Shown piece by piece: positions 44,784 through 53,137 of a DNA stretch of 64,000 nucleotides. How positions within the stretch are numbered: the first letter of the stretch is position 1; every line of letters starts with the position of its first letter. The position numbers and the translations under genes are program-made. The stretch is from Bacteroidales bacterium (GTDB lineage Bacteria > Bacteroidota > Bacteroidia > Bacteroidales > Porphyromonadaceae), in contig SFHG01000001.1 in NCBI GenBank assembly GCA_004555765.1, forward strand, positions 20,005 to 84,004. The letters run 5' to 3'. The notes beneath the pieces were generated by a model. That model did not search any database, had not been told where the DNA came from, and saw only the letters and a list, made by a program, of their open reading frames with translations.

Positions 44784-47471
44784 TTACTTGGAGACGGCCG
44801 AGATGACGGAAGAGAGGCGGTCACCTATACCGATGGTGTAGCCTTGGGAGAAGAAGACGACGCGGTTGAACGTGTCCGAGACGACGATCACGGGGTAGTC
44901 GAGCGGCAGGTCGTGCTCGGTGCCTTTGGCGATCTGGTCGAGGATTCCTTCCGTGTCCGTGCCCCAGACCGCTTCCGGTAAGAGTTTCACAAACGCCTCA
45001 GAGGGCTCCGCCCCCGTCGTCAGTGCGAGTACGGGAATGGGGAACCTCCCATCTGCCCCGATGAGGGAACGGATGTCGCGGAGGATATGGTCCGAAGGCT
45101 CGTGATTGGGCTTGACCATGAGGAGTGCGAAGTAGCCTCGTCCGGTGGTGGAGAGGATGCTCTTCTCGGTGCCGGTCTTGGCATCTTTGTAGAGGGCTTC
45201 GCTATTGAGCTCGCCGATGACATTGACCGCATTCTCGTCGAAGTCGAAGAGGAGCGGGGTCTTTTCGCCGCACGTCATCTTCCGCAGCGCATACCGTGCC
45301 GTACCGTCGGCTTCACGGGTTCCGGTCGAGAGCAGATTACGATCGTAGAGGACTTTTTGCCCCCGGAGGTCTTCCGGCGTGGCATAGTCGGGGAAACCGT
45401 AAGTCCCAAACTTACCCTCTGGCGAGAAATAACCCACGGTGTAGTGTACGGCGTACCCGGGCGTCTTGAGGAACCCTTTCGGCTCGTAAGTCAGATCCAG
45501 GACACAGGCGGCATTCGACGGTTCCTCCTTCTCTTTTTGGAGGTAATGGAGGATCTTCTCGGTTCCGTCGGTGTCGCGGTAAAGTACCACCTCGTTCGCG
45601 TTGTCGAAGTACGCCGGGATCTTCGCCGCACGGAGCAAGCGGACGAGGAGGACGGTAAGGCTGCGTTTGTCTCCACCTTTGAGTTTCCAAGTGGATACGG
45701 GGCTCATCGGGATCCGAAGCGGGTTGTAGGTGTCGTCATTATAGAACGTGGCGACCTTGGCAGTGAGGGCCTCCGCCTTTTCCGCTCTCGACTTATCCGC
45801 GAAGCCGGGTACTTCAGCCGCCACTTCTGAGACGAACTTCTCGAGCTCTTTTTCCACGGGATAGATGGTCTCGAGGATAACCCTCGGCGAAATCAAGTCT
45901 TTGTCCGCCCACTCTTCGGGTGTCAGGTCTCGGTCAAAGGCGTCTTCAAGGACGGCAAGAGGGATGTCTTCGAGGTCTTTCTGCATCAGAGACGACAGCA
46001 AGGAAAGCGCCTCACGGGTCTTCCCCGATCCCGCGGCGGCAGCGATGAACTTCTCCACCGCATCGTGATTGCCTCTCGATGTGACCAAAAAGGCAGCGGC
46101 TTTTCGAGCCTCCTCGCCCGAGAGTCCCATCCCTCCGACGGCCTCAGCTGCTTCTTTTTCGTCATAAAACGTATCGGTGTAAGCGGTGCGGATGCGGGTA
46201 TTTTCTTCCATCCGCTTGTTATTGGCAGCTTCCTCCTCCGGCGTGTAGCGGACTTCCGGCTTCTTCTCTTCGGGGGGCGTCAATTGGAAATGCTGGTCTG
46301 CGGGAAGCTCGTCCCAGGTGCCGAGTGTGAGCTCCAAGGGAGCCGCGTCGGGTCGTACCGCAAGCTCTTTCATCGCTATGAGGTCGCCTTTCGTCGCTAC
46401 GACCACGATGTCGCCGAGGCCGAGATTGACGGACGCTTCGCCTAACTTATTGGCGATGCGCGTCACGAGGGGATAGAGCTCTGCGTAATTGTAGAGGCGG
46501 AAAGTGACTTCCGCACCCTCGGCCGGCGTACCGTCGGGGTTCAGGACACGAACCTTTGCGGCCGCGGTGGGGATGTAGTTGTCGGAGACATTGAGTGCGG
46601 TGTGGACGGCCGTACTCTCGAGCCACTCTTCGGGACCTTTGTAGTCCCCAAAGGCGTAGGTCGTGAGCAGCATAGCGCGGAGCACGGGAGCGTCGAACCA
46701 CGCGTTGTCGAGGACGGGTGCCGGCTCACTCGCGCCGAGATAGTGCCACTCACCGTCCACCCAGGCTTCGACCCAGGCGTGGTTATTGTCCGTGTGCGCC
46801 CATCTCGGCGTGTAAATCTGCCGTGCAGGGATGCCGGCAGTGCGAAGTGCCGCCACAAGAAAGACGCTCTGCTCGCCACACCGTCCGAGGGCATTCATCA
46901 GCGTGCCGGTGGCAGGTCTCGTGCGCCCGTCTGTCGGGGTATAGGTGATGTGACGGTGCGCCCAGTGGTTGATCTCGAGGACGGCATCGGTCATGGATTT
47001 GCCTTTCACGAGGTCATTCAGCTCTTTGAAATACCGTGTGCGGAAATCGTCCAGTACTTCGTTATTCACTCTCAGAGGCAGGACAAAGTGGCGGAAAAGG
47101 TACCCGGGCATCTCCTTGCCCCACTCCTGTGCGGACTTGGTGGCAAGGGCGGCACGCACGTTGTCGAGGTGGAACTGCCGGCTGTGGTCCATAATATCGG
47201 GAAGCGGCATATACGCGAAGAGGAACTCCATCGCGTCCCGCTCGTCTGCGGAAAGGGAGTCCTTATTCAGTCCCTCAAACGGGTCGATCTCGAAGCCGAC
47301 GGCTTCGGACTTCGTGTCCAGCGCCTTACGGGCATCGCTTATGACTTGACTGTCAAAAAGCGTGCTGTCGTCTTCGAGTGACTTCTTGCACCCCGAGAGC
47401 ACCACAATGACCGCGAAAACCGATGCAAGCGCAAGTGCGCTCCAAATACCTCGTGACGTATTCATAACCAT
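44784..47471 (-). CDS. Transglutaminase-like cysteine-protease-fold lipoprotein (large, multidomain)
   Basis: Start taken at MVMNTSRGIWSALALASVFAVIVVLSGC (lipobox). The transglutaminase core has LGRCGEQSVF (Cys), NHAWVEAWVDGEWHYL (His) and a downstream Asp. Confidence 0.78.
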   Translation of the reverse strand: MVMNTSRGIWSALALASVFAVIVVLSGCKKSLEDDSTLFDSQVISDARKALDTKSEAVGFEIDPFEGLNKDSLSADERDAMEFLFAYMPLPDIMDHSRQFHLDNVRAALATKSAQEWGKEMPGYLFRHFVLPLRVNNEVLDDFRTRYFKELNDLVKGKSMTDAVLEINHWAHRHITYTPTDGRTRPATGTLMNALGRCGEQSVFLVAALRTAGIPARQIYTPRWAHTDNNHAWVEAWVDGEWHYLGASEPAPVLDNAWFDAPVLRAMLLTTYAFGDYKGPEEWLESTAVHTALNVSDNYIPTAAAKVRVLNPDGTPAEGAEVTFRLYNYAELYPLVTRIANKLGEASVNLGLGDIVVVATKGDLIAMKELAVRPDAAPLELTLGTWDELPADQHFQLTPPEEKKPEVRYTPEEEAANNKRMEENTRIRTAYTDTFYDEKEAAEAVGGMGLSGEEARKAAAFLVTSRGNHDAVEKFIAAAAGSGKTREALSLLSSLMQKDLEDIPLAVLEDAFDRDLTPEEWADKDLISPRVILETIYPVEKELEKFVSEVAAEVPGFADKSRAEKAEALTAKVATFYNDDTYNPLRIPMSPVSTWKLKGGDKRSLTVLLVRLLRAAKIPAYFDNANEVVLYRDTDGTEKILHYLQKEKEEPSNAACVLDLTYEPKGFLKTPGYAVHYTVGYFSPEGKFGTYGFPDYATPEDLRGQKVLYDRNLLSTGTREADGTARYALRKMTCGEKTPLLFDFDENAVNVIGELNSEALYKDAKTGTEKSILSTTGRGYFALLMVKPNHEPSDHILRDIRSLIGADGRFPIPVLALTTGAEPSEAFVKLLPEAVWGTDTEGILDQIAKGTEHDLPLDYPVIVVSDTFNRVVFFSQGYTIGIGDRLSSVISAVSK

Positions 47472-47657
47472 AATATGTGCATTAAATTTCCCAAGCGTCC
47501 GACCGCGCGTCCTTCTGTAAGCCGGCACTTTCACAAACTTATCCAAAAATCCGCAAACCAAGCCCCCTTTGGCAATTTGAGGCACCCCTCCTCCCGCTTT
47601 ATCCCTCCCTAAAAGACATCCACCTCGAAGCGCAATCATTTATGAGTCCTCCACGGA

Positions 47658-47757
47658 GATTTCGACTTCGGTCTGTACCTCGATGGGACGAGATACAGAC
47701 CAAAATTTTCTCCCCGGTCCGTGTCTCGTCCCATCGAGATACAGGCCAAAATTTTCG
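47658..47757. repeat. Two tandem 46-bp hairpin elements with mutually inverted loops
   Basis: ggtctgtacctcg-ATGGGA-cgagatacagacc-aaaattttc at 47670..47710, and ggtccgtgtctcg-TCCCAT-cgagatacaggcc-aaaattttc at 47716..47756. Confidence 0.85.
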
Positions 47758-47815
47758 GCGCCCTCAGAGCGCTCCGAAGAAAATCTTCCAAAATGGAGGG
47801 AAAAGTTTGGTTATC

Positions 47816-47852
47816 TACGAAATTTTCGTACATTTGCTACGAGAAAATCGTA
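47816..47852 (+). promoter_or_regulatory. Two TACGA-N5-TCGTA inverted-repeat operators bracketing a TACATTTG -7 box (blaI-like promoter)
   Basis: TACGAAATTTTCGTA (47816..47830), TACATTTG (47829..47836) and TACGAGAAAATCGTA (47838..47852). The ATG is at 47872. Confidence 0.6.
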
Positions 47853-47871
47853 ATTCAATAGCTAACACCTT

Positions 47872-48264
47872 ATGAAAGAGAAGAAAGAGATCGCACCGCT
47901 CACCCCCCAGGAAGAGGCCATTATGAAGGCGCTCTGGCAAATCTCCCGGGGCGAAATCAGCGACATTATGAAGTTGATGCCCGAGTCCGACCAACCTTAT
48001 ACCACCATCGCCTCCATGGTCGGCAAGCTCGAAGAGAACGGATTCGTGAAGCGCACAGGCAAGAGACGCGGATTCGTCTATGCCCCGGTTGTTTCCGAGC
48101 AGGAATACTACAACCGCTCCCTTTCCAAGATCGTCTCCGACTTTTTTACCGGGTCCTACAAAGACCTCATCCGGCACTTTGCAAGAGAAGAGAAGCTCAC
48201 GAAGTCCGACCTCGAAGAGATCTTGAGGATGATTGGGGACGAAGACGGGGACACAACTAATTAG
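47872..48264 (+). CDS. BlaI/MecI/CopY-family transcriptional repressor
   Basis: 130 aa. The winged helix ..LTPQEEAIMKALWQISRGEISDIM..PYTTIASMVGKLEENGFV.. is typical of the Penicillinase_R family. Confidence 0.85.
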   Translation: MKEKKEIAPLTPQEEAIMKALWQISRGEISDIMKLMPESDQPYTTIASMVGKLEENGFVKRTGKRRGFVYAPVVSEQEYYNRSLSKIVSDFFTGSYKDLIRHFAREEKLTKSDLEEILRMIGDEDGDTTN

Positions 48265-48276
48265 CGTACAGTGTTT

Positions 48277-49581
48277 ATGAGCACTTTGAGTCTGTATCTT
48301 TTGTGGTCGGGACTCGGGGTAATGCTTTTTTACCTCCTTGAGCGCCTGCTCTTCTCGAAGAGTACCCTTTTCACCGCCCGGCGCGTCTATTACCTCGCGG
48401 CGATAGTGGTTTCGCTCCTACTCCCTGCCCTCTCCCCCCTCCTCTCCGACCGTATCGCAGACGCCGGCAAGGAGGCACTTCCGGCGCTGACCCTCACCTA
48501 CCGGCTTCCCGAGTTTTTTGTGACAGAAGTTGGAAGCCGAAGTCCTCTGCCGTGGGAAAGCATACTGCTTGGCGTCTGGGGCTGGGGCACTGTTCTTTAC
48601 GTTCTCCGCCTGATGGGCGGCAGTCTCAAACTCAGGCAGATCACGGCGAAAGCCGTGGGGCATGAAGAGCTTCCCGGCGGAATCCGGGTACACCTCATAG
48701 AGGGTGAGGGCTCACCTTTTACCTACGGCTCACGCCACATCGTGATGCCTGTCGACCTGTACGAATCGGACACCGCGGGAAACGCCCTCCGGCACGAAAT
48801 GGCACACATCCGCGGTCGTCATTTCATCGATCTGTACCTCGGTCTTTTTCTGAAAGCCATACAGTGGTGGAACCCCTTTGCGTGGGGTCTCGCCGCACTT
48901 CAAGACAGTAACCTCGAGTACCTTGCGGACGCGCAAGTACTCAAAAGCGGAGTGCAAAAACGTCAGTACCAATTGCACCTCCTTAGGAGCAGCATCGGCA
49001 GTTCGGCCGACTCCCTGATGCTCTCGTTTTCTATGAACCATTTAAAGAAAAGAGTAACCATGATGAACCAAAAACATCGAACCCTCAAAGGCTTAGCCGC
49101 CGGCTACGCCCTCATCGCCCTACCCGTGGCAGCCCTTATGCTGATGAGCGCGAGCCTCCTTACGGCAGAACCGGCAGAGACTACCCCTGCCTCGCCCACC
49201 ATCCTCACCCGGGTTCCTGACGATGACCCCGTGTACGAGTACGCGGAAGTGATGCCCGCCTACCCCGGAGGTCAGGAAGCCATGCTCGCCTTTCTCTCTG
49301 ATAACATCAAATACCCTGAGGAAGCAGTCAAAAAGGACATCCAAGGGCGCGTGGTCGTCACCTTCGTGGTCGATAAAGACGGAACCGTGACAGAGCCGAA
49401 GATCGCACACAGCGTACACGAACTCCTTGATGCCGAAGCCCTGCGCGTCATCTCCCTGATGCCCAAGTGGACGCCCGGCAAGAACGATAAGGGCGAGACG
49501 GTTCGCGTCCGCTTCCACCTCCCCGTAACCTTTGCGTTCAAGCAAACCGCCCCCGACAAAGACGAGACCCCCGCTAAATGA
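48277..49581 (+). CDS. BlaR1-like M56 peptidase fused to a C-terminal TonB domain
   Basis: N-terminal TM segments and the zinc motif LRHEMAHIRGRH (HExxH). The C-terminus ..YAEVMPAYPGGQEAMLAFLSDNIKYPEEAVKKDIQGRVVVTFVVDKDGTV.. matches TonB_C. First ATG used. Confidence 0.85.
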   Translation: MSTLSLYLLWSGLGVMLFYLLERLLFSKSTLFTARRVYYLAAIVVSLLLPALSPLLSDRIADAGKEALPALTLTYRLPEFFVTEVGSRSPLPWESILLGVWGWGTVLYVLRLMGGSLKLRQITAKAVGHEELPGGIRVHLIEGEGSPFTYGSRHIVMPVDLYESDTAGNALRHEMAHIRGRHFIDLYLGLFLKAIQWWNPFAWGLAALQDSNLEYLADAQVLKSGVQKRQYQLHLLRSSIGSSADSLMLSFSMNHLKKRVTMMNQKHRTLKGLAAGYALIALPVAALMLMSASLLTAEPAETTPASPTILTRVPDDDPVYEYAEVMPAYPGGQEAMLAFLSDNIKYPEEAVKKDIQGRVVVTFVVDKDGTVTEPKIAHSVHELLDAEALRVISLMPKWTPGKNDKGETVRVRFHLPVTFAFKQTAPDKDETPAK

Positions 49582-49721
49582 CCGTTTGAGACCTTTGACC
49601 AAAGGAAACCTTTGCAAGAGGGTCTCTTGCCACGAATAGCTCCGTTTTTTAGTGGATTCCTTTGCTGATGAGGAGCTATTCAAAAAGGCTCGAAAGGTCT
49701 CTTACACACGAAAGATGTCCT

Positions 49722-49865
49722 AAATTTTGACCCGTATCTCAAGGTGACGAGATACGGGTCAAACTTTTCTTCTCGCCCAAGCCCACGAAAGGACGAGATA
49801 CGGGTCAAAATTTTCTTCTCACCAAAAGCTCACGAAAGGACGAGATGCGGATTGGGATTTTCTTC
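49722..49865. repeat. Hairpin element followed by three direct copies (46-47-bp period) of its right arm
   Basis: aaattttgacccgtatctc-aaggtgac-gagatacgggtcaaacttttcttctc. This is followed by ..cacgaaaggac-gagatacgggtcaaaattttcttctc and ..cacgaaaggac-gagatgcggattgggattttcttc. Confidence 0.8.
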
Positions 49866-49971
49866 AAGGTCGGACACGGCAAATGGCTTGGGGGTCATCC
49901 TCTCCCGGTCTTGGTCTCCCCTTCCATCAGGGGAGACACCGAGGGATCCATCCGGCTAAATCCTTGAAAGT

Positions 49972-50010
49972 AAAAACGAAAGGCCGGTAACCTATTGGCT
50001 ACCGGCCTTT
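49972..50010 (-). terminator. Intrinsic terminator of tRNA-Leu
   Basis: Reverse strand: AAAGGCCGGTA-10 nt-TACCGGCCTTT followed by CGTTTTTAC. It starts 6 nt after the tRNA 3' end. Confidence 0.75.
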
Positions 50011-50015
50011 ACTCG

Positions 50016-50097
50016 TGCCCGGAACCGGGATCGAACCGGTACGGATTGCTCCACAGGTGTTTGAGACCAGCGCGTCTACCAATTCCGCCATCCGGGC
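50016..50097 (-). tRNA. tRNA-Leu (anticodon CAA)
   Basis: Reverse strand: GCCCGGATGGCGGAATTGGTAGACGCGCTGGTCTCAAACACCTGTGGAGCAATCCGTACCGGTTCGATCCCGGTTCCGGGCA. It has a 7-bp acceptor stem, anticodon loop CUCAAAC, a long variable arm, and T-loop GGTTCGATCC. CCA is not encoded. Confidence 0.88.
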
Positions 50098-50130
50098 TTA
50101 CATTCATTCTGAAAGTTGGGCAAAGATACA

Positions 50131-50138
50131 CAAATATA
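50131..50138 (-). promoter_or_regulatory. Candidate -7 box (TATATTTG) for tRNA-Leu
   Basis: The reverse strand reads TATATTTG, about 33 nt upstream of the tRNA 5' end. Confidence 0.5.
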
Positions 50139-50160
50139 AAACACCACGCCACCCTAAGGC

Positions 50161-50197
50161 TGACACATCAAGACTGACACATCAGGGATGACACATC
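50161..50197 (+). repeat. Three direct TGACACATC repeats at 14-bp spacing
   Basis: TGACACATC occurs at 50161, 50175 and 50189, between the tRNA-Leu and ftsX promoters. Confidence 0.8.
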
Positions 50198-50227
50198 TCC
50201 TCCCGCAGGAGACTTTGTTAATTTGGG

Positions 50228-50235
50228 TATATTTG
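50228..50235 (+). promoter_or_regulatory. Candidate -7 box (TATATTTG) for the ftsX operon
   Basis: TATATTTG lies 39 nt upstream of the ATG at 50274. Confidence 0.5.
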
Positions 50236-50273
50236 CGCGTATTATATTCGATATCCACTCGGAAAAGCAGACT

Positions 50274-51170
50274 ATGGCAGGAAGAGACGAGCAACGGTTA
50301 GGTAAGAGCAAGAATCTGAGTTTCATTCATTCGCGCATCATCAGCATCATCAGTATCGCTATGGTGCTCTTCTTGGTCGGTGTAGTCGCCATCATCGGCC
50401 TCATCGGCACCGGTCTCAAAGACTACGTCCGGGAAAGCTTCAATTTCACCGTCCTCATCACCCCGGAAGCGTCCAATAACGAGATCGCTTTGATGAAAAA
50501 AGACATTGAGAAGCACCCGTTCGTCAAGGAGGTCGAATACTACTCCAAGGAAGAGGCCATGAAGCAGCTCACCGAGGAACTCGGAGAGAGTCCGGAGAGC
50601 TTCCTGGGGTGGAATCCCCTCTCACCCACGCTCGAAGTCTATGTCAAGAGCAAGTACGTGTCCGAGAAGGACAGCATCGCGAAGATCGAACGGTTGCTGG
50701 GCAATTACCCCATCACCCAAAGCGTCTCTTTCCGCAAAGACCTCATCGAAGCGCTCAATAAGAACATCCGTACCGTCACCATCGTAATGATTGTGCTGAC
50801 GGTCATCCTGCTGCTTATCTCGGTGGTACTCATCAATAACACCGTCCGGCTTCTCATTTACTCCAAGCGTTTCCTCATCTACACGATGCGCCTTGTGGGG
50901 GCAACGGCGGGCTTTATCCGAAGGCCGTTCGTGTGGAGCAATATATGGGCAGGCGTGGCCGCGGCGGTTCTGGCCATCGCGCTACTGGCATGGGGGCGGT
51001 GGTATGTCTTGGACGTCTTCCCTCCGATGCGCGAAGTCTTGACGATCCGAAACTCCCTAATCGTCTCGGGCATCGTCCTTGTCCTCGGAGTCCTCATCAG
51101 CTGGATTGCGTCAGCCCTTGCGGTGAGCCGCTACTTGAGGATGGACGCAGACAAGCTCTACCGAGCCTAA
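50274..51170 (+). CDS. ftsX: Cell division protein FtsX (permease-like)
   Basis: Start taken at MAGRDEQRLGKSKNLSF... One TM segment, a periplasmic domain, then three C-terminal TM segments (FtsX fold). Followed by the usual Bacteroidetes DUF3098 gene. Confidence 0.82.
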   Translation: MAGRDEQRLGKSKNLSFIHSRIISIISIAMVLFLVGVVAIIGLIGTGLKDYVRESFNFTVLITPEASNNEIALMKKDIEKHPFVKEVEYYSKEEAMKQLTEELGESPESFLGWNPLSPTLEVYVKSKYVSEKDSIAKIERLLGNYPITQSVSFRKDLIEALNKNIRTVTIVMIVLTVILLLISVVLINNTVRLLIYSKRFLIYTMRLVGATAGFIRRPFVWSNIWAGVAAAVLAIALLAWGRWYVLDVFPPMREVLTIRNSLIVSGIVLVLGVLISWIASALAVSRYLRMDADKLYRA

Positions 51171-51195
51171 TCACTTCACCTATTTTTGTCTCAAA

Positions 51196-51435
51196 ATGGC
51201 ACAAGAGTCCAAATACTACGGTTTTACACGCGCCAACCTATGGATATTGGCGGTCTCGATGATCCTTCTCGTCATCGGGTATGCGTTGATGAGCGGGGGA
51301 AAGAGTGCGGACGGCGTAAGCTTCGACCCGGAGGTCTTTAACTTCCGGAGGATCGTCCTCGCCCCCATTCTCACCACACTCGGCTACCTCGGCATCATCC
51401 CCGCCCTCCTCTACCGCCCGAAACAAGGAAAATAA
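51196..51435 (+). CDS. DUF3098-like small membrane protein
   Basis: 79 aa with two TM helices (..LWILAVSMILLVIGYALMSGG.. and ..LAPILTTLGYLGIIPALL..). Conserved position after ftsX. Confidence 0.7.
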   Translation: MAQESKYYGFTRANLWILAVSMILLVIGYALMSGGKSADGVSFDPEVFNFRRIVLAPILTTLGYLGIIPALLYRPKQGK

Positions 51436-51474
51436 AAGGAGGAAGAATCCACTTAAAGCAATAGAAGATCTCAG

Positions 51475-52323
51475 ATGGATTACATACAGGCCATCGTACT
51501 GGCCATCGTAGAGGGGCTCACGGAGTTCCTGCCTGTCTCGAGCACGGGACACATGGTGATTGCCCAAGCGCTGATGGGTATCGAGAGTACCGACTTCGTC
51601 AAGGCATTCACAGTGATGATACAGCTCGGTGCCATCCTCAGCGTCGTGGTGCTGTACTTCCGGGAGTTCCTCCGCTTCGAGGTACCTGCCGACCTCAGGG
51701 ACGCACCGGGCTTCAGACGGCTATTGGGACGCTTTCGCTTCTACTGGCTTCTCGCGGTGGGGATTATCCCTGCGGTAGTCTTGGGGCTGCTCTTCGACGA
51801 CTGGGTGGACTCGGTACTCGGCGAAGTCTGGATCATCGCCTTGAACCTCGTCATAGGCGGGGTGATTATGCTCTTCATCGACAACTGGGTGAAGCGCGGG
51901 GAGAAGAAAATCGTCCGCTACAAGGATTCTTTCATCATCGGCCTCTTTCAGTGCATCGCGATGTTCCTACCCGGGATGTCGCGCTCTATGAGCACAATCG
52001 TGGGCGGTATGGCAGTGGGGCTGAAGAGAGAGACGGCCGCGGAGTTCAGTTTCTTCCTCGCCGTGCCGACGATGGCAGGAGCCACGGTGTACGAGTTGCT
52101 TAAGTTTATGAAGTCCGGCGACCTGCATATCCTGGCAGACAACTGGGGGTTGCTCCTCGCCGGCAACGCGGTGGCTTTCGTCGTGGCACTCCTTGCGATA
52201 AAGTATTTCATAGGGTACGTCCGCAAGCACTCCTTTAGGGCATTCGGGGTATACCGCATCATAGTGGGAGGCGTGATTCTCCTTATGATGGCATCGGGCG
52301 TAAACCTCGCCCTTTTCCAATAA
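51475..52323 (+). CDS. uppP: Undecaprenyl-diphosphate phosphatase
   Basis: MDYIQAIVLAIVEGLTEFLPVSSTGHMVI.. matches the BacA motif. Confidence 0.93.
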   Translation: MDYIQAIVLAIVEGLTEFLPVSSTGHMVIAQALMGIESTDFVKAFTVMIQLGAILSVVVLYFREFLRFEVPADLRDAPGFRRLLGRFRFYWLLAVGIIPAVVLGLLFDDWVDSVLGEVWIIALNLVIGGVIMLFIDNWVKRGEKKIVRYKDSFIIGLFQCIAMFLPGMSRSMSTIVGGMAVGLKRETAAEFSFFLAVPTMAGATVYELLKFMKSGDLHILADNWGLLLAGNAVAFVVALLAIKYFIGYVRKHSFRAFGVYRIIVGGVILLMMASGVNLALFQ

Positions 52324-52332
52324 CCTCACCGT

Positions 52333-53079
52333 ATGAGCCATAAGCCCCAAGCCGATCGTCCCAAAAGCTCTTTCGATCTCGGGAGGTATGTCGTCATAGA
52401 CAAACCTCCGGAATGGACCAGCTTTGACGTGGTCAACAAGTTCCGTTACGTTCTCTCAAAAGCCCTGGGTGTCAAGCGCATCAAAGTGGGTCACGCCGGC
52501 ACACTCGACCCACTTGCCACGGGCGTCGTGGTCGTCTGCACGGGACGTTTCACCAAGACCATCGACGAAGTCCAAAAGGGGTTGAAACACTACGTCACCA
52601 CCATCAAACTCGGAGAGACGACCCCGAGCTTCGACCTTGAGAGTGAAGTGGACGCGACGTTCCCCTACGAGCACATCACGAGAGAGATGACGGAAGAAGC
52701 CCTGAGAAAATTTGAGGGCGAAATCGACCAAGTACCCCCACTCTTCTCTGCCGTGAACATCAACGGGACCCGCGCCTACAAACTGGCTCGGAAAGGAGAG
52801 GAGGCGGAGCTGCCGGCAAAAAAAGTATTCATCCGGGAAATCAGGCTCACCTCATTCGAGCCGCCGATGCTGACGCTCGAAGTCACTTGCGGCAAAGGAA
52901 CCTACATCCGCTCTTTGGCTCGTGATCTCGGTCGTGATCTTGGGAGCGGGGCACACCTCACCGCCCTCCGACGCACAAGCGTGGGTCCCTTCACGCTTGA
53001 TGGCGCCATCAAGCCGGAGGAGATCGAAGACTTCATAAAGGGGGAATTGGAGAAAGAGGGCTACAAAAGAGAACAATAA
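52333..53079 (+). CDS. truB: tRNA pseudouridine(55) synthase
   Basis: ..KVGHAGTLDPLATGVVVVCTG.. contains the catalytic Asp motif. Confidence 0.92.
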   Translation: MSHKPQADRPKSSFDLGRYVVIDKPPEWTSFDVVNKFRYVLSKALGVKRIKVGHAGTLDPLATGVVVVCTGRFTKTIDEVQKGLKHYVTTIKLGETTPSFDLESEVDATFPYEHITREMTEEALRKFEGEIDQVPPLFSAVNINGTRAYKLARKGEEAELPAKKVFIREIRLTSFEPPMLTLEVTCGKGTYIRSLARDLGRDLGSGAHLTALRRTSVGPFTLDGAIKPEEIEDFIKGELEKEGYKREQ

Positions 53080-53137
53080 CGGGGAACCGACAGTTACATT
53101 TAAGAATATGAAGACGCTAAGGAACAATCTGGGGAGC

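Noticed and set aside
6262-47639. 5' extensions of real genes in the ORF track (ORF starts at 7224, 14009, 17073, 17574, 26845, 33219, 34502, 36661 and 47639)
   Set aside because: The extensions run through intergenic repeat elements or into neighbouring genes, and they precede obvious signal peptides or conserved N-termini. Internal Met codons give starts consistent with lipoboxes, family N-termini or ATGA coupling.
47640-47871. Replication origin at the switch from minus-strand genes (10.4-47.6 kb) to plus-strand genes (47.9-64 kb), with dnaB nearby
   Set aside because: The divergent gene orientation is origin-like. However, the 230-bp spacer contains only repeat-family hairpins and the blaI promoter/operators. 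I see no cluster of DnaA boxes (the best is ttatctacg, two mismatches to TTATCCACA) and no AT-rich unwinding element. I could not compute GC skew reliably by hand.
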